The notes below the pieces were generated by a model. That model had not been told where the DNA came from. It searched no databases and saw only the letters and a program-made list of their open reading frames with translations. Source: Albugo candida (lineage: Eukaryota). From it: a DNA stretch of 64,000 bases. The DNA lies in the NCBI GenBank assembly GCA_040437565.1, contig JBDOQK010000005.1:1-64000 (forward strand), written 5' to 3'. How positions within the stretch are numbered: position 1 is the first letter of the stretch; every line of letters begins with the position of its first letter. Made by a program: the position numbers and the translations under genes. Positions 63,816 to 64,000 of this stretch are shown here, in pieces.

Positions 63816-64000
63816 ATGGAGACTATACCGCCGATGGAAACTTTATTCAATAAGAGTAAACTTCAGACACTTGAAAGCATATTTCCCGATATACATTGCG
63901 ACATACTCAAAGACGTTCTGGGCACAGCCAATTATGATATCGATGCTGCCGCTGAAATGATTGCCGAAATGTCAATCTCCAGCCTCGAGCCGCAAGTGAG
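63816..64000 (+). CDS. CUE-domain protein, first exon (continues beyond the window)
   Basis: LQTLESIFPDIHCDILKDVLGTANYDIDAAAEMI (CUE FP motif), followed by a GTGAG donor. Confidence 0.7.
   Translation, partial: METIPPMETLFNKSKLQTLESIFPDIHCDILKDVLGTANYDIDAAAEMIAEMSISSLEPQV

Overview
Eukaryotic, intron-containing, moderately AT-rich draft-assembly DNA with ten 100-N scaffold gaps. The gene set and very compact spacing look oomycete, Albugo-like (inference). The window has two parts. (i) About 1-41.8 kb is mostly decayed transposons: Ty1/copia remnants and LTRs, several Mutator/MULE elements, a complete-ended Tc1/mariner, an L1/Tx1-type LINE, and a five-layer nested insertion ending in a tRNA-derived SINE. 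Among them sit an OFD1 gene, a cysteine-less ferredoxin resembling the complex I ferredoxin-bridge subunit, and a tandem array of small Cys-containing, possibly secreted ORFs. (ii) About 41.9-64 kb is very gene-dense: a hypothetical repeat protein, NDOR1, an SR-rich protein, MED11, kinesin, adrenodoxin reductase, a WW-tail myosin, SSADH, RPC4, a tiny DASH/Hsk3-like gene, ceramide synthase, Nup43 and the start of a CUE-domain gene. All calls come from reading motifs by eye; no searches were run, and exon boundaries are manual predictions.
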